Assembly (NCBI GenBank): GCA_030390025.1
Contig: CM059431.1
Coordinates: 95,606,001-95,670,000 of the forward strand
Direction: 5' to 3'
DNA length: 64,000 bases
DNA from: Squalus acanthias
Taxonomy: Eukaryota
Of this stretch, positions 40,000-50,894 are shown piece by piece. The position numbers were made by a program, and so were the translations under genes. Each line of letters opens with the position of its first letter. Within the stretch, counting starts at the first letter, position 1. The notes below the pieces were generated by a model. It was not told where the DNA came from. It ran no database searches and saw nothing but the letters and a program-made list of their open reading frames with translations.

Positions 40000-41854
40000 A
40001 TGGAGAGGGTGAGAGAACGCGCTCATCGCTTCACCGAGCGGGCCTTGGATGCTCTGGTTGGCGCGGTGGAGCGCAGAAGATGTATGCTCTTCCCTGAGAG
40101 TGGCAGGAGGCCTTTGCCACGCGAGTTCAGAAGAGTGTGGAGGGAGGTGGCTCAGAGCGTCTCCTCCAGGAGCATGGTGCCCAGGACCCATACTCAATGC
40201 CGCAAAAAGTTCAACGACCTCACTCGGGTCGTCAGGGTGAGTGGCTTTTTCTCAATACCTCTCCATCCCTCCATCTCAACCTCACTCTATGGCCAGAGGG
40301 TCTTAAAACCCCAATGCACAACACTCATCCAACACCTATGGCCCTTTCATGAAACACACACACACATTCCACACTTTGCATACAGTAAAGGCTATTCACC
40401 TATGGGAGGCACATCAGGCAAGACCATGGCTGCATACAGTAAGGGCTATTCACCTATGGGAGGCACATCAGGCAAGACCATGGCTGCATACAGTAAGGGC
40501 TATTCACCTATGGGAGGCACATCAGGCAAGACCATGGCTGTATATTTACTCAGATGCTGTCCTTTTTCTTACAGGCCAAGCTGGCGCATAATCGGAGACA
40601 GCAGCAACGGACAGGTGGAGGGCGGCCTCAGCTGCAACCCCTCAGCGATCTTGAGGAGCGCGTCCACAGCATTGTGGCAAGCCGGGTGATCGGTCCCGTC
40701 GCCACTGGAGACGCCGACCCCGTTCTGGACAGCAATGGTAAGGTCATCACCTTTTTGTCCTCTGTCCTTCCACTTGTCCCTCACAACACCAGCCTTTGAC
40801 ACTTTCAATCCAACTTGCTAACTCGCTGCACTTATCCCTCCCTTACTGCCACCCTGTCCTCACGCTAAAGCCACTCTTGTACCTCCCTGCTTTCAGATGG
40901 TGATTCACCAGCTGAGGAGACGGGCCCTGAAGCTGCCACTGGGAGGAAGAGGAAGCCGGAGCATCAGTGCCACCCTCTCCCGAGGAAGCCCATGCCCACA
41001 CTGGGAACACGCCTTCCCTGGAGGGGAGCAGGGGCGAAGGGTCTGATAAGGGTGAAGCTCCAGGACCCAGCGGGCTGCAGCAACGCCATGGGGGTAGGGA
41101 AGAACGGGGGCCTTCTCCCCAGAGGGAGAGTATGCCAGACACTCCTACTGCAATGGACGCAGAGGAGGAGCGGCTGATCGCAGAAATGAACACCCAGGCG
41201 GTGGGCATGCACACTGAGCTCATGGGTGCAGTGGGAAGGGTGCCCGAATGCATTGAGTCACTGGCAAGGAGTGTGGAGCACTTTGCTGTAGCACAGGCGG
41301 ATGCCACACTAACGCTTAGTGCTGCAATTCAGTCACTGGCTGCCGTGATCCCATCTCTGACTGCTCTCATGCAGACTCAGATTGAGGCCACGCGAGCACA
41401 GACTGCTGCCAACCTCGATGGTTCGTGCACATGTCCCCGGGGCTGTCACCGCGCCGCAGCAGGCCAGCAATCTGTTCTCCAGCAGATTGCTCCGGATGCT
41501 GAAGTGCTGCCCCGTGGGAGTGCCAGTGTGTCGGGCGAGCAGGGAGTTGCTGTCCTCTCTCACGATGACAGCATTCCTGCTGCCAACACTGTCACTTCTC
41601 CACTGCACTTGCCACCGCCTGTAGGACAGACTGCTGCCGCCCATGCAGAGTTGGTGCAGTCTGCAGCCGGGCCCTCCAGGCCCAGAACTGGTCGAGGCCG
41701 TCCTTCAGGGGCATCTGCAGTGTCAGGGTCTGACGAGCAGCAGCCTTCCACCAGCCTTGCTACAGCCACTGAGGTCCCATTACGGAGGAGCAGTAGGGTT
41801 AGAAGGGGGGAAGTGCGCAAGGGAAGGAGATCACCCTCGAAGGGCAAAAAGTAG
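40000..41854 (+). CDS. H3 Myb/SANT-like protein (exons 40000-40236, 40575-40737, 40897-41854; one apparent frameshift near 40942)
   Basis: RFTERALDALV...VWREVA...QCRKKFNDL, then KLAHNRRQQQRTGGG; GT-AG introns in the same positions as in H1. Confidence 0.85.
40378..40539 (+). repeat. 54-bp tandem triplication in H3 Myb intron 1
   Basis: GCATACAGTAA(A/G)GGCTATTCACCTATGGGAGGCACATCAGGCAAGACCATGGCT three times. Confidence 0.97.
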
Positions 41855-42148
41855 GAGGTGTGACAAAATGCTGGTCATTTTTTTATTAAAGGTCGAGGTT
41901 CATGGTCCAACTTTTGTTTAGTGTTTTGGACATTATCTCCAGGTTGTGAGAACCAGTTATGTTATTGACTGTTTTTTTGTGTTTATTTCTATGAGTTTGT
42001 CATGAGGAATTGACACACACAGAGTTTGTAAAATAAATAAGTTTCTGTATTCAAAATATACATGGTTGGTGGTTGGAATTATTGGTGCCTTGGCCGGCTT
42101 AGGGGTTGCGTGCTGGGTTCATTAATGTTGGTAGCAATGGCAGGGGCC

Positions 42149-43231
42149 CTAGAAGCGGCTTGCTATTAGCCGTTGACGGACGGCCCTTGCAGTTTGACCA
42201 TTGTGGGCCGCCCTCCGGCCTTGGTGCTGCTGATGATCATCCTCCTCGTCCTCTTCCTCCTCTTCCTCCTCCTCCTCTGGTGGTGCTCCAAGGCCTGGTG
42301 GCATTGGCTGGGTCCTGAGGATTGCCATGTTATGCAACATGCAGCACACGACTACGAAGTTCGATACTCGCTCAGGCGAGTACTGCAGGGCTCCTCCGGA
42401 ATGGTCGAGACAGTGGAACCGTTGCTTCAGCACGCCGATTGTGCGCTCAATTATGTTCCTGGTAGCTTGATGGCTCTCATTGTACCGCAGCTCAGCAGGG
42501 GTGTTGAGTGTACGGAGCGGTGTCATCAGCCAGGTGCTCAATGCATACCCCTTGTCCCCGAGAAGGCAACCAACTGGCTGATGCGGTGCCTCGAAAAGTT
42601 CTGCCACAGTAGTCTGGCGCAGGATAAAAGCATCGTGGTAGCTGCCAGGATACTGGGCATTGACAGCGAGTATCAGCTGTCTGTGGTCACAGACCAACTG
42701 GACATTCAAGGAATGGAACCCCTTTCTGTTCCTGAATTCCTCGGCATTCTCATGCGGAGCACGCAAAGCCACATGCGTGCAGTCAATGGCGCCCTGCACC
42801 ATGGGGAAGCCCGCTACCCTCGCAAAGCCCAGAGCGCGGTCACGCTGCTTGTCTGGGGTCATGGGGAAAGAGATGAACTCTCGTCTCCTTTTAAAGAGGG
42901 CATTTGTGACCTGCCGGATGCAGCAATGCACCGCGAACTGGGAGATATTGGCGAGGTCCCCAGCAGCAGCTTGAAATGAGCCAGTAGCGTAAAAGTTGAG
43001 AGCCACTGTGACCTTCACTGCCACCGACAGAGACGTCCTGGACCTCAGTTGAGGCTGCAGATCTGGCTGCAGCAGGTGGCAGAGCTCAGTGACCACCTCC
43101 TTGCTGAATCGCAGCCTTCGCAAACACAGCTCCTCAGACATATGGATGTAGGAGAGCTGTTCACGATATACCCTGGGAGGGTAAGCTCTCCTGTACATAC
43201 GCCTGATGGCCCTCCTCCGTCTGGCCATCAT
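42149..43231 (-). CDS. H3 HARBI1-type DDE transposase (360 aa from the first in-frame ATG)
   Basis: Uninterrupted ORF with GAIDCTHV, NRKGFHSLNVQLVCD, PGSYHDAFIL, LGDKGY, IERTIG and CCMLHN. Confidence 0.93.
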   Translation of the reverse strand: MMARRRRAIRRMYRRAYPPRVYREQLSYIHMSEELCLRRLRFSKEVVTELCHLLQPDLQPQLRSRTSLSVAVKVTVALNFYATGSFQAAAGDLANISQFAVHCCIRQVTNALFKRRREFISFPMTPDKQRDRALGFARVAGFPMVQGAIDCTHVALRAPHENAEEFRNRKGFHSLNVQLVCDHRQLILAVNAQYPGSYHDAFILRQTTVAELFEAPHQPVGCLLGDKGYALSTWLMTPLRTLNTPAELRYNESHQATRNIIERTIGVLKQRFHCLDHSGGALQYSPERVSNFVVVCCMLHNMAILRTQPMPPGLGAPPEEEEEEEEEDEEDDHQQHQGRRAAHNGQTARAVRQRLIASRF

Positions 43232-45368
43232 GCCACTCTCTCTCTGTGTCTCTGTATCCTCCGATTCAGCTGGAGCAGGACGACGCCCCCAATCAGTGCA
43301 GCCCCCATATTCTCTTTGCAAGCAAAGTAATGAAGGACAGCAACTAAAGTACCAGCGAAGTTAGGATCAATAGGCAAAACTACCTCACAAAGCGTTGAGT
43401 CAATGTAGAACTTTCTCTTTCTCTCTCTCCGAATCTCTCTCTATCTCTCAGAACGAGTGGTGCAAAAATGTCGACCACAGAAAAAGACAGGAAGAGGCCC
43501 CCTTTAAATAGCGCTCCCCCCAGCCCCACAGCGATTGATAGCGTTCCAGTCTTCCGGTCGTTGGAAGCGCCAGGCGGTAAGGCAGGGGCCGCCACTCAAT
43601 TTCCGCTCCGGGGCGCCACAAGGGCGTTGCACCATGGAATGACGTCACAATCTGCGCGCGCAGGTGGTCGCAGCGGTAAGTTTTAGCGCCGCCGCACAAT
43701 CTGTAGTTAAGTTCCCGAGCGGCGCAAACATCGCTGCGCCCGGGCGTTAGCGGCTTTGCACCCCATTAGCGCCCTCTTAAGGCGCTAACGGGAGGCGCAA
43801 CCAACTGAATTTTTACCCCAGAGACTTCTGGAGAGATTCAACATTGTGTGAAGGAGTTTTGGGCACTGAGCAGCATTTTGCAGGTTCATTTTGATTTGAC
43901 CTTCCTTGCATCGATTTAGAAGAGACTATGGGAGCTGCACTCTGAGCTCTTTCCCTGGTACTCTCCATTGTTCTTTCCAGCAGATTTGATGTACAGGTCT
44001 CTCCAGGCCGAGATTCAAGGCTGCAATGAGCAGGGTGTGGATGGAGAGCAAGATCAACCCTCCCGTTTAAGAACTGGCCGGCGTCAGTGTGTCTGTGTTC
44101 CATTGCTGACTAACATCACATGAGCTTCGCCAGCGCTCTGAGGTAGCGCCTTGTTCCTCGGCGTTAGCGCCTTAAGAGAGGTGCGTAGTGCCTGATTTAG
44201 CGTTCCAATCACCTCCACGGGTGATAGAAGCTAAGTTTACCGTTGGAGGTGATAATTAGCGCCAGGCGCTAAACTTTGCGCCCGGCCGATAATTGCGCCC
44301 CAAACAATGCGATACCGAATTTCTCCCCCATAGTCTCAGGATAAGGCCAGTTAAGACCGAGATGAGGAGCAATTTCTTTAATCAGAGGGTTGTGAATCCT
44401 TAGAATTCTCTGCCCCAGAGGGCTGTGAATGCTGAATCTTTGAGTATATTCAAGGCTGAGATAGATAGATTTTTGGACTCTAGGGGAATCAAGGAATATG
44501 GAGATCAGGCGGGAAAGTGGAGTTGAGGTCGATGATCAGCCATGATCTTATTGAATGGCGGAGCAGGTTCGAGGGGACGTTTGGCCTACTCCTGCTCCTA
44601 TTTCTCATGTTCTTATGTTCTTAAGACAGGTTGGGTTCCTGTTTCAGATTTTTAATATTTTAACTTCCCATCCAATCCAAACCACCCATTTTTGGGGGTT
44701 AAAATGACGCCCATAAAATAGGATCCCCATTCTTGATGGCTAGTGCGTGATCCTGTGCACTTGGATGGACATCATGAGACAGGACCAGGCCTCACTATGA
44801 AGCGTCGCATAGTTAAGTAGCTCACTGACACTCACCACAGAAGGTTGTCACCTGGGGAAATGCACTCATTGGCGTATGTGTTTTTTTTTAAACAGATTCC
44901 CCACACGAAAGGCAGCCTGATTGACAGGCTTTGCTGCCTGTCAGGTGGGGAACGCTCTCGAAAAGGCCGCAGCCCAGGAGCAGGTAGGTGTAGTGATGTT
45001 GGGGGTAGAGATCGCCGGGACGTGGGTACAGCGTGGTTGGGAGGGTCGGTGCTTTAAGGAGAGACAGGGAGAAGCTTGGGAGAAAAATGAACTGCTAAAC
45101 AATGTTACCAATGTCAGAAACCCAGATTCTACTGCTGTACCCGGTCTGCAACATCTCTCAATCTCTAACCTCATCAATATGACATTGTATGACATTAAGT
45201 GTGCTAAAGAAAGATAGATGTTGGCAATGGTTCAGTGGTAGCAATCTTCCTACTGAGGCAGAGGGCTCAAGCCCCACTCCATAGATTTGAGCACACAATC
45301 TAGGCTGGCATGTCAGTGTAGTACTCACAGGATGTTGCACCTGTCTGAGCTGCTGTCTTCAAGATAAC

Positions 45369-48300
45369 AGCCCCAATCTGATCTGAGAGACACGGGGGAG
45401 GCGGTCTGATTTCGTATGGGAAACCCGGAAGTATGTTAAGCATGTCTGTCAGTGGCTTTTTAACGCAGACACCTCATTATCATTTTACTTCCAGATTTCT
45501 TATCTAATAGGAGGCAGTGGGTGTGATGAGGACTCGCATGACGCGATCTCTACTCCAGTATTTAAAGAGACAATGCAAACATGCAATTTAGAGGTGTTGG
45601 AGTTCAAGAGAAGAAAGCAGGAAGGTGAGGAATGGAAGTGAGACGTGCTAAGACTGCGCCCAGTTTCAATGATGCCTCCCTGGATTTGTTGCTGGCAGTT
45701 GTGAGGAGTCAGAAGGAGATACCATTTCCCAGAAATGGGAGGAAAAAACCTGCAGCAGAAACAAAGAAGGCGTGGTTGGAGGCTGCTGTGGAGGTAAGTA
45801 GCGGGAGCGTAGTACCAATCTCCTGGATACAGTGCAGGAAGTGGTTTAATGACCTAACCAGGTCAGGAAAGGTGAGTACAGTGGCACATTCACCTACATT
45901 CAGTGGCACATTCACCTGTGTGCATCACCCCAACCCCCTCACTCTCCCTTCTCAAGCTACTCCATCACATCACTCCTCATACCCGCTTACCTTGCAGGTG
46001 CACTCATTCCTTTCTGTTGATGCACTTCATCACATCCCCATCTCTCCATCCACCACTGACACTCTCATCCTTATGTAATTCAATGCCATTCCCTGATACT
46101 CCCCCTTGCCAAATGCACTCCATCCATCAGATGAACACATGCCATTACACTTACTCATAGGTCTGTTCTTTCTCTCCTTGCAGGAAGTGAGCACAGAACA
46201 CCAGGTAGAGACAGAAAATCGAAGGTGGCCCTCCAGGCATCTTGCAACTCACAAGTGCAGAGGAGGAGGCACTGGAGCTCATCGGAGTCTCGGCGTGCCT
46301 GGCTGTCAGAGATGGGGAGCTCCCAGCTATCTGGAGACACATTTAAATATCAGACAGCCACGTGTCATATGGCACTCAGTCATGTTGACTTGATGTCAAC
46401 AGCGAGTGAAATATGATCATGTTTATAATGAGAAGTTGCAACATTCTTACCTTGCCAGTACTCATTCATAGAATCTAGAATCATAGAAATTTATGGCACA
46501 GAAGGAGGCCATTCAGCCATCATGTCTGTGCCGGCCGGAAAAGAGCTATCCAGCCTAATCCCACTTTCCAGGTCTTGATCCGTAGCCTTGTAGGTTATGG
46601 CACTTCAAGTTCATATCTAAGTACTTTTTAAATGTGATGAGGGTCTCTGCCTCTACCACCCTTTCAGGCAGTGAGTTCCAGACCCCCACCACCCTCTGGG
46701 TGAAAAATGTTCTCCTCAAGTCCCCTCTAATTCTTCTACCAATTACTTTAAATCTATGTCCCCTGGTTATTGACCTCTCTGCTAAGGGAAATAGGTCCTT
46801 CCTATCCACTCTATCTCGGACCCTCATAATTCTATACACCTCAGTTAAGTCTCTGCTCAGCCTCCTCCATTCCAAAGAAAACAACCTGAGCATATCCAAT
46901 CATTCCTCATAGCTAAAATGCTGCAGTCCTGGAAACATCCTCGGAAATCTCCTCTGTACCCTCTCCAGTGCAATCACATCTTTCCTGTAATGAGGTGACC
47001 AGAACTGTACGCATTACTCCAGCTGTGGCCTAACTAGTGTTTTATACAGTTCAAGAATAACCTCCCTGCACTTATATTCTATGCCTCGGCTAAAAAAGGA
47101 AAGTATCCTGTATGCCTTCTTAACCACCTTATCTACCTGTCCTGCTACCTTCAGGGATCTGTGGACATGCACTCCAAGGTCCCTCTGTTCCTCTACATTT
47201 CTCAGTATCCTACCATTTATTGTGTATTCCCTTGCCTTGTTAGCCCTCCCCAAATGCATTACTCACACTTCTCCGGATTGAATTCCATTTGCCGCTTTTC
47301 TGCCCACCTGACCAGTCCATTGATAGCTTCCTGCAGTCTACAGCTATCTTCTTCACTATCAACCACACGGCCAATTTTTGTATCATCTGCAAACTTCTTA
47401 ATCATGCTCCCTACATTGAAGTCCAAATCTTTCATAAATACCACAAGAAGCAAGGGACATAGTACTGAGCCCAGCAGAACCCCACTGGAAACAGCCTTCT
47501 AGTCACAAAAACACTTGTCGACCATTACCCTTCACTTCCTGCCACTGAGCCAAATTTGGATCCAACTTTCCACTTTCCCTTGGATCTCATGGGCTTTTAC
47601 TTTTCTGGCCAGTCTGCCATGTGGGACCTTGTCAAAAGCCTTGCCAAAATCCATGTAGACTACATCAAGCGCGCTACCCTCATCGACTCTCCTCGTTACT
47701 TCCTCAAAATATTTAATTAGGTTAGTCAGGCATGATCTCCCCTTAACAAATCCATACTGACTGTCCTTGATTTATCCATGCTTTTTTAAATGATGATTAA
47801 TACCATCCCTCAAAATTTTTTCCAATAATTTGCCCACCAGTTAGGCCTGTAATTACTCGTTCTATCCTTTTTTCCTTTTTTAGACAATGGTACAATGCTA
47901 GCAGTCCTCCAGTCCTCTGGCACCACACCTGTAGCCAGAGAGGATTGGAAAATGATGGTCAGAGCCTCCACCATTTCCTTCCTTGCTTCTCTTAATAGCC
48001 TGGGATACATTTCATCCGGGTCTGGCAATTTATCTACTTTCTTGTCTTTTATCTCCCACAGGGCTTTCGCATGTGCAGCAGAAATTGATGGAAGTCACTG
48101 ATGACGATTCCTCAGAGGAGTTCAATCATTCTGAGGGTGTGCCATCACACAACTCATGCAGACCATGCACCAGCTCAGATACTCACACTTCAGTGGGACT
48201 AGTAAGGCAGATAGTAAGGCACACTTCACATGAGTAAGAGCAGATTGGGATGGCGAAGATAGCAGTGGAGAGTCAGCATTACAGGGCGCAGCTGGACACA

Positions 48301-50321
48301 AATACTGCAACCCGGGGGCCGTTGATGAATAGGTTAATCATTGAGCAGCAGCAGAAAATATGCGATGTACTGACAGGCCTTCCAAGCACACAGTCCATGA
48401 TTGCAGAGAGATTGGAGGAGTCCACCTCAAGCATAAGTGGGTTGATGTTGCACGGCACTGCGATGATGTCTTCTTGCATGGATAGACTGGCCAACTGCAT
48501 AAAGCATCAAACGTGGCAATCATACAAGTCCATGGTGGCCTTGAGCAAGGGCTTGCAGGCTCTGGATGCCAACTTAAATAGAATGACAGATACCTGAGCT
48601 TTGGCCCTGCATCATCCCACTGATCTGCAGTAAAGTGCTTTCCAGCACAATGGTAACAGTGAATTGCGGCTGGGCCATGAGAGGGATGATGGCAAAATGC
48701 CTGCTACCTATGATTGTGGGATGGGTTCATTGATGGAACCTAACTGAACCTCGCAATAACCCTGGCAGAAATGTTAGCAGCTGGTGGTGCATTGCACTCA
48801 TCACCTGCCTCCTCCTTGTCTTCCTCCTCATCCTCCAAAAAGGAACTTCGCTCTGCGCCTTGGTCCTCCTGCAGGTCCAAACCTCGCTGCTGGGCAATGT
48901 TGTGCAGAGCACAGCACACCACGACCATTATGGAGACCTTGGCTGGTGCATATTGAAGGGCACCTCAAGATCTGACGAGGCACCTGAAGCGCATCTTCAG
49001 CATGCCGATTGCTTTTTCAATGACACATCTAATGGTGATATGAAATTGATTGTAGCACTCCTGGGCCTCAGTCCTTGGTTTTCTAAGAGGTGTCATCAGC
49101 CACGTTTTGAGTGGGTATCCCTTGTCTCTGAGCAACCACCCATTAACTCTGCTTCCAGGTGTGAAGACATCAGGGAGGTTGGACTGCTGCAGGACGAAAG
49201 CATCTTGGCAGCTGCTCAGGAATCTTGCGCACACCTGCATAATGATATTTTTGTGGTTGTGCACCAGCTGCACACTGATGGAGTGGAAGCCCTTGCAGTT
49301 AACGGATACTCTGGGTGATCTGGGGGTGCCCTGATTGCCACCTGTACGCAGTCGATGATACCCTGCACCTGTGGGAAGCCAGCCAGAGATGCAAACCCGA
49401 ACGCCGCTCATTCTGACTGATGTCATTGCAGGCAAATTTGACATAATTGGCGGCCCTGGCGAACAAGCCATCTTGTTTCATGCATTTCTGGGCTGCTGTC
49501 TGGGAGATCCTGCAAATGTCTCCGGCAGAGCCCTGGAAGGATCCAGAGGCAAAAATGTTGAGGGTGGTGGTGACTACGACAGCCACTGGTCACCAGGTCC
49601 AGCTGGCAGCAGGTCTTCTTCCAGCAGGCTGCAGATGTCTGCCACCACCTGACGTGACAACCTGAGCCTCCTGAGACACTGCTGTTCCGACATGTCGAGG
49701 AAGCTTATCCTCTGCCTGTAGACCCTGTGTGGCGGGTATGGCTGCGCCTCTCTGCTGCTGCCCTCTCTGCTGCTGCCCTCTCTGCTGCTGCCCTCTCTCT
49801 TGTGCAGCTACAGGTCTGTTACCAGCAGGCTGCTACTGGTGCTGGTCATCTTGGTCCTCATCTGAGGTCCAATCTAAGACAGCGTAAGCGGCACCCCTCC
49901 TGATCTGATAGAGCAAATCGCCAAAGTGTAGAAGAAACCTCCAAAGTGTAGAAATCTATGTCAGAAAAAGTACTCTGAACATCCTTTCCGACTAGCAGGT
50001 AAAAAAGCAGCTGTGAGTACTGAGTATGCCGTGTCATATTTCCATGAGATGGATTGACCCCCTCAGTTGCTGCTGTGTTCTCGCCTTGCTTTCACAGGCG
50101 TGAATCATACATTAAGCTGAAAACATCTGTGTCAATATCACTCTAATTGAGCGATTAACATATGTTAATTGCCACCCTGCCTCTCCTGAAGGGGTTGAGC
50201 TGCAGTGAAACCTGGAAGTCGGTGGGTTGGAGCTGACTTCCCAGCATGCTGTCAGTTTCACTGGCTTTAACCCCCTACCCACTCCCAAACCCACATGATC
50301 CTCCATGTTAAAACTGCCCCC
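45369..50321. mobile_element. Degenerate Harbinger H4 (Myb +, 45632-48597; transposase -, ~48727-49898)
   Basis: APSFNDASLDLLL...KKAWLE...[33 protein letters not shown] and CCALHN; TIR-like end AAAACTGCCCCC at 50321; left TIR not seen. Confidence 0.82.
46470..48040 (-). mobile_element. CR1 fragment inside the H4 Myb intron
   Basis: RT motifs (KFADDTK) and 3' tail ATCATAGAAT. Confidence 0.92.
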
Positions 50322-50894
50322 AACATGTTAAAACTGAGGCCCCGTATGCCCTCTTAGGTGAACATAAAAGATCCCATGGTACTAGAACAGATTATCTGGT
50401 CCTTTATCTCATTGTTCTTTGTGGGACCTTGCTGTGCACAAATTTGCTGCCAAGTTTCCCTGTATTACAACAGTGACTACACTTCAAAAGTATTTCCTTG
50501 GCCGTGAAGTGCTTTGAGATGTGAAAGATGCTATATAAATGCATGTTCTTCTTTCTAACGGGGAAGTCAGGTAAATACATGACGGAGAAAGGACTGGAAG
50601 GTTACGTTGATAGTGAGATGAAGTAGGAGGAGGCTTTTGTGGAGCATAAATACTGGCATAGAAGCTGCTAATGGTCACAGTGAGGCCCTAGTTAACAGTC
50701 TGTAAAAAACCCTTATGAGGCTTGGAGGACTCACTGAAGAAGGCCGGCTCCTCTTCATCACTCTCCGTCCCTGAGCACCATTCAGCACCACTGTATGGCT
50801 GACGTTTCTCTGCTACACAAAGTCGCTTGCTTCTGCAGCCTCCATCTGAATTAAGAAGTTGAGACAGAGCACAGATTAGACATTCCTGAAATAC

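Larger units (their letters stand above)
39641..43819 (+). mobile_element. Near-intact autonomous Harbinger H3 (4179 bp)
   Basis: Perfect 12-bp TIRs GGGGTAAAAATT/AATTTTTACCCC; AGA on both sides; convergent Myb and transposase genes. Confidence 0.95.
39255..44329 (-). mobile_element. Non-autonomous Harbinger N2 (same family as N1, inverted), split by H3
   Basis: TIRs GGGGGAAAAATTCGGT and ACCGAATTTCTCCCCC; 39255-39640 plus 43820-44329 reconstruct the reverse complement of N1. Confidence 0.92.
38095..44622 (+). mobile_element. CR1 split by N2/H3 (own sequence 38095-39254 and 44330-44622)
   Basis: RT ORF 38235-39131; AGAACTAGAGGACAT joins AGTCTCAGGATAAGG across the insertion; TTCTTATG tail. Confidence 0.92.
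36018..44712. mobile_element. Older MITE-like (probably Harbinger) element expanded by nested insertions
   Basis: Weak TIRs GGCCCTGATATTT and AAAATGACGCCC with ATA on both sides; own sequence at 36018-36230, 37694-38090 and 44623-44712; partial second copy at ~44869-45050. Confidence 0.6.
45215..50555 (+). mobile_element. Deu-domain tRNA SINE split by H4 (pieces ~45215-45368 and 50322-50555)
   Basis: The two pieces together align by eye to the reverse complement of the SINE at 56436-56910. Confidence 0.7.

Noticed and set aside
42149..43321. Domesticated host HARBI1 / NAIF1 / MSANTD genes
   Set aside because: Enclosed by TIRs and a target duplication with several decayed paralogues nearby, so these are transposon copies.
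43232..43321. ORF-track N-terminus MQREYGG... of the transposase
   Set aside because: Starts at a non-ATG codon; the N-terminus homologous to H1/H2 is in another frame.
50730..50760. CTGAAGA as a hammerhead box (also near 11821)
   Set aside because: No stem II followed by GAAA.
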